Source of the DNA: Candidatus Geothrix odensensis
GTDB lineage: Bacteria > Acidobacteriota > Holophagae > Holophagales > Holophagaceae
Direction: 5' to 3'
Length of the DNA stretch: 64,000 nucleotides
Assembly: GCA_016714685.1 (NCBI GenBank)
Contig: JADKCH010000003.1
Location: 26,815 to 90,814, forward strand
The notes below the pieces were generated by a model. It ran no database searches and had not been told where the DNA came from. It saw nothing but the letters and a program-made list of their open reading frames with translations. Position 1 is the first letter of the stretch, and the number at the start of each line of letters is the position of its first letter. Shown in pieces: positions 1 to 8,642 of this stretch. The translations under genes and the position numbers were made by a program.

Positions 1-74
1 GCGACGCCGCGCTGGTCTACGGCTTCCCCGCCCCCGGCCCCCGCTGGACCCTCAGCGCCACGTGGAGTTGGTGA
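1..74 (+). CDS. 3' end of a TonB-dependent outer-membrane receptor (BtuB-like), partial
   Basis: The frame from base 3 reads DAALVYGFPAPGPRWTLSATWSW* (TGA 72-74). This matches the G-[FY]-P-x-P-G-R...aromatic C-terminal beta-strand of TBDRs. It lies directly upstream of a FecB/C/E-type ABC system. Confidence 0.7.
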   Translation, partial: DAALVYGFPAPGPRWTLSATWSW

Positions 75-1012
75 TGGCGAATCTCGGTCGGAAACAAATC
101 CACCACGAAGACAGGAAGACAGGAAGAAGAACCATCGACCAATCCCCACTCACTCCTTGGTGGTCTTTCTGTCTTCGTCGTGAATCATTTTTTCGTATCT
201 TGGTATGCCTTCTCTTTGCCGTGTTGCCCCTGAATGCGGCGCACCCCCAGCGGGTGGTGAGCCAGGCGGTGGGCACGGACGAGCTGCTGCTGGCCCTGGC
301 GGATCCGGGCCAGATCGCGGCCCTCAGCCACATCAGCCACGACCCGCAGTTCAGCCCCGTGGCCGCCGAGGCGAGGCGCTTCCCGGCACTCAAGGACAGC
401 GACGCCGAGAGCGTGCTCCGCTTCCGCCCCGACCTGGTGCTGGCCGCCAGCTTCACCCGCCCCGAAACCCTGGCCCTGCTCCGGCGGGCCGGGGTCCGGC
501 TGGTGGTGCTGGACCGCTACGACACGCTGGAGGACATCTACGCCAGCCTGCGTGTCCTCGGTCGTGAGCTGGGCCAGGAGGCCCGCGCCGAAACCGTGAT
601 CGCCCAGTGCCGCGCCCGCACCGGGGCGCTCGCCGCCAGGCTCAGCGGCGTGAAGCCCGTGCGCGTCATCAGCGCGGGGGTCTATCCCTTCACCTCGGGG
701 GCCGGCACCACCTTCCAGGACCTCTGCGACCACGCGGGCGCCCTCAACGTCGCCACGGAGGCGGGTCTCAAGGGCCACGCGCCGACGCCTTCTGAAAAGC
801 TGCTCGTCTGGAACATCGAAGTCCTCGTGGCATCGGGTGATGAACGCATCCGCGGCCGCCTGGCCGAGATCCCCCACTACCGGGCCCTGCCCGCCTTCAA
901 GGCCGGGCGGGTGGTGATCATCCCGGGCCCCATGATGTCGAGCATCTCCCATCACCGCATCGCCGCCTACGAAGCCCTGGCGCGGGCCCTGCACCCGGAG
1001 CGGTTCCGGTGA
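74..1012 (+). CDS. ABC transporter periplasmic substrate-binding protein (cobalamin/Fe-chelate, BtuF/FecB family)
   Basis: PQRVVSQAVGTDELLLAL and ESVLRFRPDLVL motifs; signal-like FFRILVCLLFAVLPLNA. The start is uncertain: GTG71/ATG74 overlap the upstream stop, but a later start is possible. Confidence 0.85.
   Translation: MANLGRKQIHHEDRKTGRRTIDQSPLTPWWSFCLRRESFFRILVCLLFAVLPLNAAHPQRVVSQAVGTDELLLALADPGQIAALSHISHDPQFSPVAAEARRFPALKDSDAESVLRFRPDLVLAASFTRPETLALLRRAGVRLVVLDRYDTLEDIYASLRVLGRELGQEARAETVIAQCRARTGALAARLSGVKPVRVISAGVYPFTSGAGTTFQDLCDHAGALNVATEAGLKGHAPTPSEKLLVWNIEVLVASGDERIRGRLAEIPHYRALPAFKAGRVVIIPGPMMSSISHHRIAAYEALARALHPERFR
101..182. repeat. Imperfect inverted repeat (palindromic element) in the 5' region of the binding-protein gene
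   Basis: caccacgaagacaggaagac (101-120) matches the reverse complement of gtctttctgtcttcgtcgtg (163-182) at 18/20 positions; local GC is lower. Confidence 0.7.
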
Positions 1013-1995
1013 AGCCCCGCCTCGCCGTCCCGCTCCTGCTGGCGCTCCTGGCCCTGACCTTCCTGGCCTCGCTGGCCTTCGGGGAGCTGCGGCTGAGCTT
1101 TGCACAGGTGCTGGGCGCCCTCACGAATGGCACGGATGAGGTGGCCCGCACGGTGGTGCGCGACTTCCGCCTGCCCCGGGCCCTGGTGGGCCTGGCCGTG
1201 GGTGCGGCCCTGGGGGCCAGCGGTGTGGTGATGCAGGCCTTCTTCCGCAATCCCCTGGCCAGTCCGGGCCTGCTGGGCGTGAGCAGCGGCGGGGCCCTGG
1301 GCGCCGTGGCGGTGCTGGCCACGGGGCCGCTCTTCGGCTTCGCCGCGGCCACGATGTGGGCCCTGCCCCTGGCTTCCGTCGTGGGCGCCTTCGCCGCCAC
1401 AGGCATGGTGCTCATGCTCGCCCAGCGGGGCGCGGGCACGGAGCGGCTGCTGCTCTCGGGCGTGGCCCTCAACGCCCTGCTGGGCGCGGGCACCAGCTTC
1501 CTGCTCACCACCACGGCCGGTCACTTCGAGGTGAACGCGCAGATCCTGTTCTGGCTCATGGGCGGCCTGGAGAGCCGCAGCTGGGAGCACGTGTGGATGG
1601 GCGTGCCCGCCATCCTCGTGGCCTGTCTGCTGCTGCTGCCCCTGGGCCGCGCCATGGACCTGCTGAGCCTGGGCGAGCAGAGCGCCCAGAGCCTGGGCGT
1701 GGACGTGCGCCGCCTGCGGCGCCAGCTCATCGTGCTCTCCACCATCCTCACGGCCCTGGCCACGGCCGTGGCGGGCATCGTGGGCTTCGTGGGCCTGGTG
1801 GTGCCCCACATCCTGCGCCTGGCCTTCGGGCCCGACCACCGGCGCCTGCTGCCCTATTCCATGCTCGGCGGCGCCATCTTCCTGCTGGCCTGCGACCTCG
1901 TCACCCGCACCTTCCCCCTGGGCCTGCGCCTGGGCGTGGTCACGGCCCTCATCGGCGGCCCCTTCTTCCTGTGGCTGCTGCGGAGGCCACGATGA
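1009..1995 (+). CDS. ABC transporter permease, FecCD/BtuC family
   Basis: RLPRAL...GAALGASG..MQ..FRNPLASPGLLGVSSG and GIVGFVGLVVPH motifs; GTGA overlap with the upstream gene. Confidence 0.93.
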   Translation: MKPRLAVPLLLALLALTFLASLAFGELRLSFAQVLGALTNGTDEVARTVVRDFRLPRALVGLAVGAALGASGVVMQAFFRNPLASPGLLGVSSGGALGAVAVLATGPLFGFAAATMWALPLASVVGAFAATGMVLMLAQRGAGTERLLLSGVALNALLGAGTSFLLTTTAGHFEVNAQILFWLMGGLESRSWEHVWMGVPAILVACLLLLPLGRAMDLLSLGEQSAQSLGVDVRRLRRQLIVLSTILTALATAVAGIVGFVGLVVPHILRLAFGPDHRRLLPYSMLGGAIFLLACDLVTRTFPLGLRLGVVTALIGGPFFLWLLRRPR

Positions 1996-2003
1996 GAGCG
2001 GCC

Positions 2004-2155
2004 CGGAGTCTAGAGTCTGGAGGCTGGGGGCACGACTCGGTAGCCCCTTGGCGTACTTCGATTCCAGTGGATTCCGCCGAGCCCAAGCCACAACAGCGCT
2101 GCGGCCCGAAGGGTCGCCACCCTTTCAGACTCCAGACTCCGGACTCCAGACTCCG
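2004..2155. repeat. Palindromic element with heptamer tandem arms (GAGTCTG / CAGACTC)n
   Basis: Left arm cggagtctagagtctggaggctg (2004-2026); right arm cagactccagactccggactccagactccg (2126-2155). The arms are mutually complementary. Confidence 0.8.
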
Positions 2156-2170
2156 AACTGAGGCCGCGCC

Positions 2171-2893
2171 ATGACCGCGGCCCTGCACGCCTCCGGCCTC
2201 GCGGTTCCCGGCCGTCTGGAGGCGGTGTCGCTGGAGCTTGGGCCCGGGGAGCTGGTGGCCATGGTAGGGCCCAACGGGGCCGGGAAGTCCACGCTGGTCC
2301 AGGCCCTGGCGGGACTCCTGCCCGCCGAGGGCCTCGTCCAGTGGCAGGGCCAGCCTCTGCCGCGCATCGCCATGCAGGAACGCGGCCGGCGGCTGGCCTG
2401 GGTGGGCCAGGAGGCCCACTTCGAGTTCGCCTTCCCCGTGCGCGAGGTGGTGGCTCAGGGGCGCTACGCCTGGGGGGATGATCTCTCCGGCGTGGCGGAG
2501 GCCCTGGCGGAGCTGGACCTCACGCACCTCGCCGAGCGCCCGGTCACGCGGCTCTCCGGCGGCGAGCGTCACCGCGTGGGCCTGGCCCGGGCCCTGGCCA
2601 CGGGCGCGCCTCTCCAGCTCTGGGACGAGCCCGTGGCCCAGCTCGACGTGCGCCACGCGCTGGAGGTCATGCGCCTGGCCCGGCGCCTGGCCGATGGCGG
2701 CGGCACCGTCCTGGTGAGCCTCCACGACCTGCGCGCGGCCTACCGCTTCGACCGGGTGCTGGTGCTGGACCGCGGCCGCCTGGTGGGCAACGGGGCGCCC
2801 CACGAAGTGCTCACGGCCCCGCTCATCCGCACGGTCTTCCGGGTGGAGGCCACCTTCGTGGAAAGCCTCGTGCCGGAGCTGCCTCGGGACTGA
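2171..2893 (+). CDS. ABC transporter ATP-binding protein (FecE/BtuD/HmuV-like)
   Basis: Walker A GPNGAGKST, signature LSGGE, Walker B LQLWDEP, H-loop SLHDL. Confidence 0.93.
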   Translation: MTAALHASGLAVPGRLEAVSLELGPGELVAMVGPNGAGKSTLVQALAGLLPAEGLVQWQGQPLPRIAMQERGRRLAWVGQEAHFEFAFPVREVVAQGRYAWGDDLSGVAEALAELDLTHLAERPVTRLSGGERHRVGLARALATGAPLQLWDEPVAQLDVRHALEVMRLARRLADGGGTVLVSLHDLRAAYRFDRVLVLDRGRLVGNGAPHEVLTAPLIRTVFRVEATFVESLVPELPRD

Positions 2894-3176
2894 GCGCCAC
2901 CGCGTGGGGCCTTCCCTCCATTTGAAGCCCCGGTACCTTCAGATTGATTAGGCCCGGGGGCGACCACCAGGGACCACAATTCTAACCTTTCATTTTATCA
3001 ATTAATTAACCAGTGGCCCAGATCGTGCAGTGACGCATAGGCGTCCCATGTTTTGTTCCACCTCGGTGGATCACGCAGCGTGGGGTCCAACTGCTTCTCT
3101 CTCCGCACCACCGCCATGGGCGGTATTGCGATCCCGCCCTGTCCGCCCTGGCTGTCCAGGGCCGCCCTGTTACGGA

Positions 3177-4250
3177 GTGCCCGTGCGATTCCCCCTGGCC
3201 TGCCTTCCCCTAGTCCTGGTCTCGGGGAGCCTGCTCGCCGCAGACGACCGGTCCGACTTCCATTGGATCCAGGTCCAGGGCGGCATCACCGATCACCGCA
3301 CCAAGAACCCCGACCATCAGCAGCCGGCCATCGGCTTCGGCGTGGGAACTTGGGTGAACGGCCACCTGGGCCTCGAGGGTTCAGGCGTCCTCACCCATGT
3401 GAACTACGGCCACGGCTCGGCCAAGGAGGCCCACGCCACCGCCTCGCTGCTGATCAATCCCTTCCGCACACCGGCGGCCCTGCGTCCCTTCCTGCGCCTG
3501 GGCCTCGGCAGCACCACCATCGGGGCGCCGATCTCCGGCACCGGCTCAGCCACCACCCGCCTGAGTGGCGTGGTCGGCCTGGGCGTGCAGGCGCTCCTGG
3601 GGGACCAGATGTTCTGCTCGCTCGAAGGCCGCCTCGTCCAGATCGAATCCCAGGTCTCACGCAAGGAGGGTCAGGCGCTGGCCGGCATCGGGGTGCGCTG
3701 GGGCAACCGCAAGCCGGCCCCCGCAGCCTACATCCCGGCACCTCCCGTGGTGGAGGTGAGGGTCGAGGCTCCCCCGCCCCCGCCCCAGGTCATCGTCGTG
3801 ACGACTCCGCCGCCGCCGCCGGAAGTGGTCTACGTGCCTGCCCCCGTGGTGCCCAGAAAGATCATCCTGGAGGAGGCCACCCTGCACTTCGCCAATGGCA
3901 GGGCCATCCTCAGCCCCGAAGGCCGAGCGGCGGTCAACGCCGTCGCGGCTGAGCTGAAGGAACTGAAGGCGCCCTTCCAGGTCGTGGTCAGCGGCCACAC
4001 CTCCAAAGTGGGACGCGCTGCCTTCAACCTGCAGCTGAGCAAGGATCGCGCGGCCGCCGTGGCCAAGGTGCTGGTCGAGGCCGGCATCCCTGCGGCCGAC
4101 ATCCAGTCCGAGGGCCTGAGCTTCTCCCAGCCGCGGGTCCAGGAACGGACCAAGGCGGACCAGGCCATCAACCGCCGGGTGGAGATCGACATCAAGACCC
4201 GTTCCGAGAACGTGGAGATCCGGGCCAAGGAGACCACGGTCGTGGAGTAG
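3177..4250 (+). CDS. OmpA-family outer-membrane protein (beta-barrel, Pro-rich linker, OmpA_C domain)
   Basis: Signal peptide VRFPLACLPLVLVSGSLLA; PPPPP linker; LHFANGRA...GHTS...NLQLSKDRA...NRRVEI. Start is GTG at 3177 or 3183. Confidence 0.88.
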   Translation: MPVRFPLACLPLVLVSGSLLAADDRSDFHWIQVQGGITDHRTKNPDHQQPAIGFGVGTWVNGHLGLEGSGVLTHVNYGHGSAKEAHATASLLINPFRTPAALRPFLRLGLGSTTIGAPISGTGSATTRLSGVVGLGVQALLGDQMFCSLEGRLVQIESQVSRKEGQALAGIGVRWGNRKPAPAAYIPAPPVVEVRVEAPPPPPQVIVVTTPPPPPEVVYVPAPVVPRKIILEEATLHFANGRAILSPEGRAAVNAVAAELKELKAPFQVVVSGHTSKVGRAAFNLQLSKDRAAAVAKVLVEAGIPAADIQSEGLSFSQPRVQERTKADQAINRRVEIDIKTRSENVEIRAKETTVVE

Positions 4251-4331
4251 GCCCGCATCCCCGGGTAGGTCGCAACTCAGCCATCCCTTCCCACCCATTC
4301 ACTCACTCGCCTGCCACCAGAGGAGTTCGAG

Positions 4332-4520
4332 ATGAAGCTTCGATTCGTTTACTTGGCAACCGCCGTGGCCATGCTCGGCTTGACTATGGGCTGTCTCTAT
4401 CCCAACCACGGCCGGGGGCGCCCCCCGAGGCGCGGTGGACGGCGGGACGAGCGCCGCGATGACCGCCGGGACAGAGACCACGACGACAAGCGTGGACGCC
4501 AATCCGGCTCACTCCAGTAG
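4332..4520 (+). CDS. Small putative lipoprotein with Arg/Asp-rich tail
   Basis: RBS AGGAG at 4321; MKLR plus hydrophobic stretch plus LTMG-C lipobox-like motif; 62 aa. Confidence 0.6.
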   Translation: MKLRFVYLATAVAMLGLTMGCLYPNHGRGRPPRRGGRRDERRDDRRDRDHDDKRGRQSGSLQ

Positions 4521-4540
4521 CGTAGCCATGGGCCGGGCGT

Positions 4541-5782
4541 TCAGCTCTCCGTGCGCCTGCCAAGGACCCACCCCAGCCCCACGGGCCCGGCCACGGTGGT
4601 GATCAGCAGGGCGCCGATGATGCCGGCCTGGACCTCGGGGCTGAGCAGGGGCACGCCGTTCAGGTGGAGCTGGGCGCCGGCGGCCACGAAGATGAGGCCC
4701 ACTTCGCCGCGGGGGACCATGCCCCAGCCCACCACGGCGGCGCGGATGCCCCGGCCTCCGCCGTAGCCGGCGACGAATTTGCCGATGACACCCAGCAGGG
4801 CCAGCACCAGGGCGAAGCCCAGGGTGGCGGGCTTGAAGAGGGCGCCGGGATCCACCTTGGCGCCCATGAGCACGAAGAAGAGGGGCGAGAGCACGGTCAC
4901 CAGCGGGTGCACCAGCTCCTCCAGCGTGTGCCGCTCGCGGTGCTCCAGATCCAGGATGTGGGCCGGCTCCAGGATGAGTCCGGCGGCGTAGGCCCCCACG
5001 ATGGAGGCCAGCCCCGCGAGGTTGCCCAGCCAGGCCAGCAGGAAGGCGAAGCCCAAGCCCAGGGGCAGCAGCACCTGCTCGCCCCGGAAGCGGCTGGCCA
5101 GCTGGAAGAGCCTCGGCGTGAGCAGGCGGCCCAGCGTCAGCGCCGCGGCCAGGAAGCCCAGGGCCAGGGCCAGGGTCTTCGCCAGATCCGGGCCCACGGC
5201 GCCGCCTCCGGACGCAGCGCCCACCATGCCCGACACCGCCACGAGTACCAGGAGACCCAGCACGTCATCCACCACGGCCGCCCCCACGATGATGCGGCCC
5301 TCCAGGGAATCCGAGGCGCCCTTTTCCCGCAGCACCTGGGCGGAGATGCCGATGCTGGTGGCGCAGAGGCAGGCGCCGATGAAGAGGTCCAGGACGAAGG
5401 GCGAGCCCTTGGGCAGCAGCAGCCAGGCCCCGGCGAGCCCCGCGGCCATGGGCACCACCACGCCGATGAGGGCCACCCGCAGGGAGGCCACGCCCACCTT
5501 CAGCATCTGCGGCACCGTGGATTCCAGGCCCACCGCGAACATCAGCACCACCACGCCGAGGCCGCCCAGCAGCTCCGTGGCGGGGGAGGCGGCCACGTCC
5601 GGGAACAGCGGCCAGGCGCGGTGCAACGCCGTGAGCGCGAGTCCCACGGCCAGCTCCCCCGTGACCGCGGGGAGCTTCAGGCGTACCGCCAGCTCGCCAC
5701 CCAGCTTGGCCGAGAGCCACAGCAGCGCCAGCAGCATCAGCGTGCCGGCGATGGGATCTTGCATCAGGAAGGCGAAGGGCAT
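4541..5782 (-). CDS. Cation:proton antiporter (CPA2/NapA-like)
   Basis: Many TM helices; ATSIGIS, AAVVDDVLG and MVPRGEVGL motifs. Confidence 0.92.
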   Translation of the reverse strand: MPFAFLMQDPIAGTLMLLALLWLSAKLGGELAVRLKLPAVTGELAVGLALTALHRAWPLFPDVAASPATELLGGLGVVVLMFAVGLESTVPQMLKVGVASLRVALIGVVVPMAAGLAGAWLLLPKGSPFVLDLFIGACLCATSIGISAQVLREKGASDSLEGRIIVGAAVVDDVLGLLVLVAVSGMVGAASGGGAVGPDLAKTLALALGFLAAALTLGRLLTPRLFQLASRFRGEQVLLPLGLGFAFLLAWLGNLAGLASIVGAYAAGLILEPAHILDLEHRERHTLEELVHPLVTVLSPLFFVLMGAKVDPGALFKPATLGFALVLALLGVIGKFVAGYGGGRGIRAAVVGWGMVPRGEVGLIFVAAGAQLHLNGVPLLSPEVQAGIIGALLITTVAGPVGLGWVLGRRTES

Positions 5783-5825
5783 GGGACCCCCGGGGAAGTG
5801 CCTCCATTGAAGCATGCGGGCGGAT

Positions 5826-6788
5826 TCACCCCTCCGCCGCCGGTCCGTCCGACTGCTTCAGCCAGGGGAGGTGGTGCACGAGGATCCGCCCGTCGAAGGT
5901 CACGCGCAGGCCGTCCTCGGCCGCGTCCTGGTGGTTGAGCACCGAGCCCTTGGCCCGGGTCTGGTCCAGGACCGCCAGGTCGATGTCGCCCACCAGCACC
6001 ATCTCGGAGTTGGGGGCGGCCTCGGTGGCGATGCCATCCATGGGAAAGGGGAAGTCCGAGGGCGTGTAGACGCCGCTCTGGGCGTACTGGGCCGTGAGGT
6101 CGGTGATGAGGGGCAGGCTCCCCACCATGCCCGCGGTGACCACGTAGATCTGGTTCTCCACGGCCCGGGCCCGGGCGCAGGTCGTGACGCGGCTGTAGCC
6201 GCGGCGGTCGTCCGTGAGGTAGGGCACCACCAGCAGCTGGACCCCCTGCTCGGCCTGGATGCGCGCCACCTCCGGAAACTGCACGTCGTAGCAGATGGAG
6301 ACGCCCATGCGGCCGAAGTCGGTCTCGATGATGTGGATCTCGTGGCCGGGCTCGAAGCGCCAGACCTTCCGCTCCGTGGGGGTGAGGTGCAGCTTGGGCT
6401 GGTGCACCGGCGCGTGGCCGGGGACGAAGACCGAGGCCACGTTCTGCAGCTTCCCCTCCACGAAGCGGGGATGCGTCCCCGCCACGAGGATGCGGTCGTA
6501 CTTGGCCGAGAGCCGGAGGAAGAGGTCCTCGAAGCCCTCCGTGAAGGTCTCCGCCAGGCACCGCATGGCCTCCGCCGGAGCGAAGTCCCGCGTCACGCAG
6601 CTCAGGAGCTGGACCGCCAGGAGCTCGGGGAACACGATGACGTCGGCATCGTAGTCGTCGCCCACGTCCACGTAGTTCTCCACCTGCTCGGCGAAGGCCG
6701 AGAAGTCCTTCACCGGGCGCAGGGAGTACTGGATGCCGCAGACCCGCACGGGGCGGGACAGGAAGGGCGTGGGGGCCGTGAAGCGCAT
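5826..6788 (-). CDS. Carbon-nitrogen hydrolase (nitrilase superfamily)
   Basis: Glu-Lys-Cys triad motifs VFPEL, QPKLH and ICYDVQFPE; ARARAVENQ. Confidence 0.92.
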   Translation of the reverse strand: MRFTAPTPFLSRPVRVCGIQYSLRPVKDFSAFAEQVENYVDVGDDYDADVIVFPELLAVQLLSCVTRDFAPAEAMRCLAETFTEGFEDLFLRLSAKYDRILVAGTHPRFVEGKLQNVASVFVPGHAPVHQPKLHLTPTERKVWRFEPGHEIHIIETDFGRMGVSICYDVQFPEVARIQAEQGVQLLVVPYLTDDRRGYSRVTTCARARAVENQIYVVTAGMVGSLPLITDLTAQYAQSGVYTPSDFPFPMDGIATEAAPNSEMVLVGDIDLAVLDQTRAKGSVLNHQDAAEDGLRVTFDGRILVHHLPWLKQSDGPAAEG

Positions 6789-6812
6789 GTCGCCTCCTTG
6801 GGGATGCCGTGG

Positions 6813-7442
6813 TCAGAGCGTCAGGACGATGAGGGCCGCATGGCCCAGGGTCTCCACATCGGGCGCGTAGTCCCGCAGGACCCCGCGGACCCGGAAGCCG
6901 ATGCGGAGCTGCTTGGACAGAGTGGGATCAAAGATCCGCCCGGCGGCCACGGCCTCCACATAGGCCTCGGGGCTCATGGCCTCCGCCACCTGGTGGTAGC
7001 CGGGGATCCGCGCCCCGGCCACGAAGGCCCGGCAGCCCAGGCGCCGGGCCAGGGCGATGCGCGCCTCGTACAGGAGGCGCCCCACGCCGCGCCCCTGCCA
7101 GGCCGGATCCACCGCGATGTTCACGCCGTAGAGCGCGTCGCCCCCGGGGTCGTGGGTGGACAGGGAACCGCGCCCGGTGATCTCCGACCAGGTATGGGGG
7201 ACCAGGGCCATCTCGAGGGGGATGCGGTGGGTCGTGGCCGTGCCCACCAGGTTCCGGCCGGCTTCCACCACCAGCTGGCCCTCGTGGAAGTGCTCCAGGT
7301 GGCGCAGGAGGTTCTCGGCGGACCAGATGGCCTCGGGCCCGTGGGGCGGCGGGTAGACCCGCACCATCAGGTCCCGGATCTCCGCCACGTCCTCCGGCTG
7401 GCGAAGGCGCAGGAAGGGCCCCTCTGCAACGCGCTCGTCCAT
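6813..7442 (-). CDS. GNAT family N-acetyltransferase
   Basis: Acetyl-CoA motif IAVDPAWQGRGVGRLLY; GARIPGY and DPTLSKQL as in YhcX-type GNATs. Confidence 0.9.
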   Translation of the reverse strand: MDERVAEGPFLRLRQPEDVAEIRDLMVRVYPPPHGPEAIWSAENLLRHLEHFHEGQLVVEAGRNLVGTATTHRIPLEMALVPHTWSEITGRGSLSTHDPGGDALYGVNIAVDPAWQGRGVGRLLYEARIALARRLGCRAFVAGARIPGYHQVAEAMSPEAYVEAVAAGRIFDPTLSKQLRIGFRVRGVLRDYAPDVETLGHAALIVLTL

Positions 7443-7514
7443 GGGATCTCCCGGGTGCGTCCGCCTCCAGATTACCCCGACCCACCAGCTCCAGCCTTCG
7501 GGCTAGGCTGAAGC

Positions 7515-8642
7515 ATGGTCTGGCTGGAAGCGGCATCCTGGGGCTCGACGGGGATCATCCTCGCCGCGCTGGTCCTCCTGCGCCGCCACTGGTCCCGGCT
7601 GCCCGAGCTGGAACCGGATCCGGCACTCCCCCCGCAGCCGCCATCGGTCTGCCTCTGCATCCCCGTGCGCGATGAAGCGGCGGAGCTGCCCGCGGCCCTG
7701 GACTCCTGGCTGGCCCAGGACTACCCGACCCTGCAGATCCTCGTGGTGGACGACGGCTCCACCGACGGCAGCACGGAGATCCTCCGGCACCGTCAGGCCA
7801 CCCGGCCGGAGCGCCTGCGGGTGCTGCGCAACGATGCCCTGCCGCCGGGCTGGCTGGGGAAGAACCATGCCCTGGACCTGGCCTCGCGCCAGCCGGAAGC
7901 TCTGGCCGCGGACTGGCTGCTCTTCGCCGATGGCGACGTGCAGGCGACGCCCGGCCTGCTGCGCCGGGCCATGGCCTCCGCCCAGGCCCAGCCCACGGAC
8001 ATCCTCGCCCTGGTGCCCGCCATCGATGCCGTCAGTCCGGCGGAGCGTGGGGTCCTGCCCTTGGCGGCCTCGGCCTTCCTCCTCCTGGTGCCGCCGCACC
8101 AGGTGCCCAATCCCCGCCACCCTTCTTTCTGCGGCGTCGGCGGCTTCACGCTGGTGCGGCGGGGGGCCTATGACGCCGTGGAGGGCCACGCGGGGGCGCC
8201 GCTGGAGGCCATCGACGACATGATGCTGGCCCGCCGCGTGAAGGCCGCGGGCTTCATCAACCGGGTGGCCAGGGGTGGCCCCGACCTGCACCTGCGCATG
8301 TACCACGGCCTGGGGGAGCTGGTGCGGGCCATGCGGAAGAACGCGGCGGCCCTGCCCTTCTGGTGGCTCCTGCCCCCGCTGCTGCCACTGGCCCTCCTGA
8401 TCGGGCTCGCACCGCTGTGGCTGCCCTGCGCCGGCCATCCCATGCTCGCGCTCCTGCTCTGGCTCCTGGTGCCCGCGCTGGCCGGGGACGTGCAGCAGCG
8501 CATGACCGGGCGCCCCATGGACCTGCTCTGGGCCCTGTGGCCCCTGAATGCGCTGGTCTTCGGCGCGGGCACCGCCTGGGCCCTGTGGGACCGCGTCCGC
8601 GGCGTGAACCACTGGCGGGGCCGGGACGTGCCCCTGGGCTGA
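7515..8642 (+). CDS. Glycosyltransferase family 2 (HpnB/CrtQ-like, membrane-bound)
   Basis: IPVRDEA, VDDGSTDGS, GWLGKNHA, FADGD (DxD), DDMMLAR; C-terminal TM segments. Confidence 0.88.
   Translation: MVWLEAASWGSTGIILAALVLLRRHWSRLPELEPDPALPPQPPSVCLCIPVRDEAAELPAALDSWLAQDYPTLQILVVDDGSTDGSTEILRHRQATRPERLRVLRNDALPPGWLGKNHALDLASRQPEALAADWLLFADGDVQATPGLLRRAMASAQAQPTDILALVPAIDAVSPAERGVLPLAASAFLLLVPPHQVPNPRHPSFCGVGGFTLVRRGAYDAVEGHAGAPLEAIDDMMLARRVKAAGFINRVARGGPDLHLRMYHGLGELVRAMRKNAAALPFWWLLPPLLPLALLIGLAPLWLPCAGHPMLALLLWLLVPALAGDVQQRMTGRPMDLLWALWPLNALVFGAGTAWALWDRVRGVNHWRGRDVPLG

Noticed and set aside
75-200. Cobalamin riboswitch in front of the ABC genes
   Set aside because: No B12-box or GGGAA core was recognised. 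Such a switch would lie upstream of the TonB receptor, outside the window.
2004-2155. Short repeats as a CRISPR array
   Set aside because: The units are 7 bp, tandem and inverted, with no unique spacers and no cas genes.
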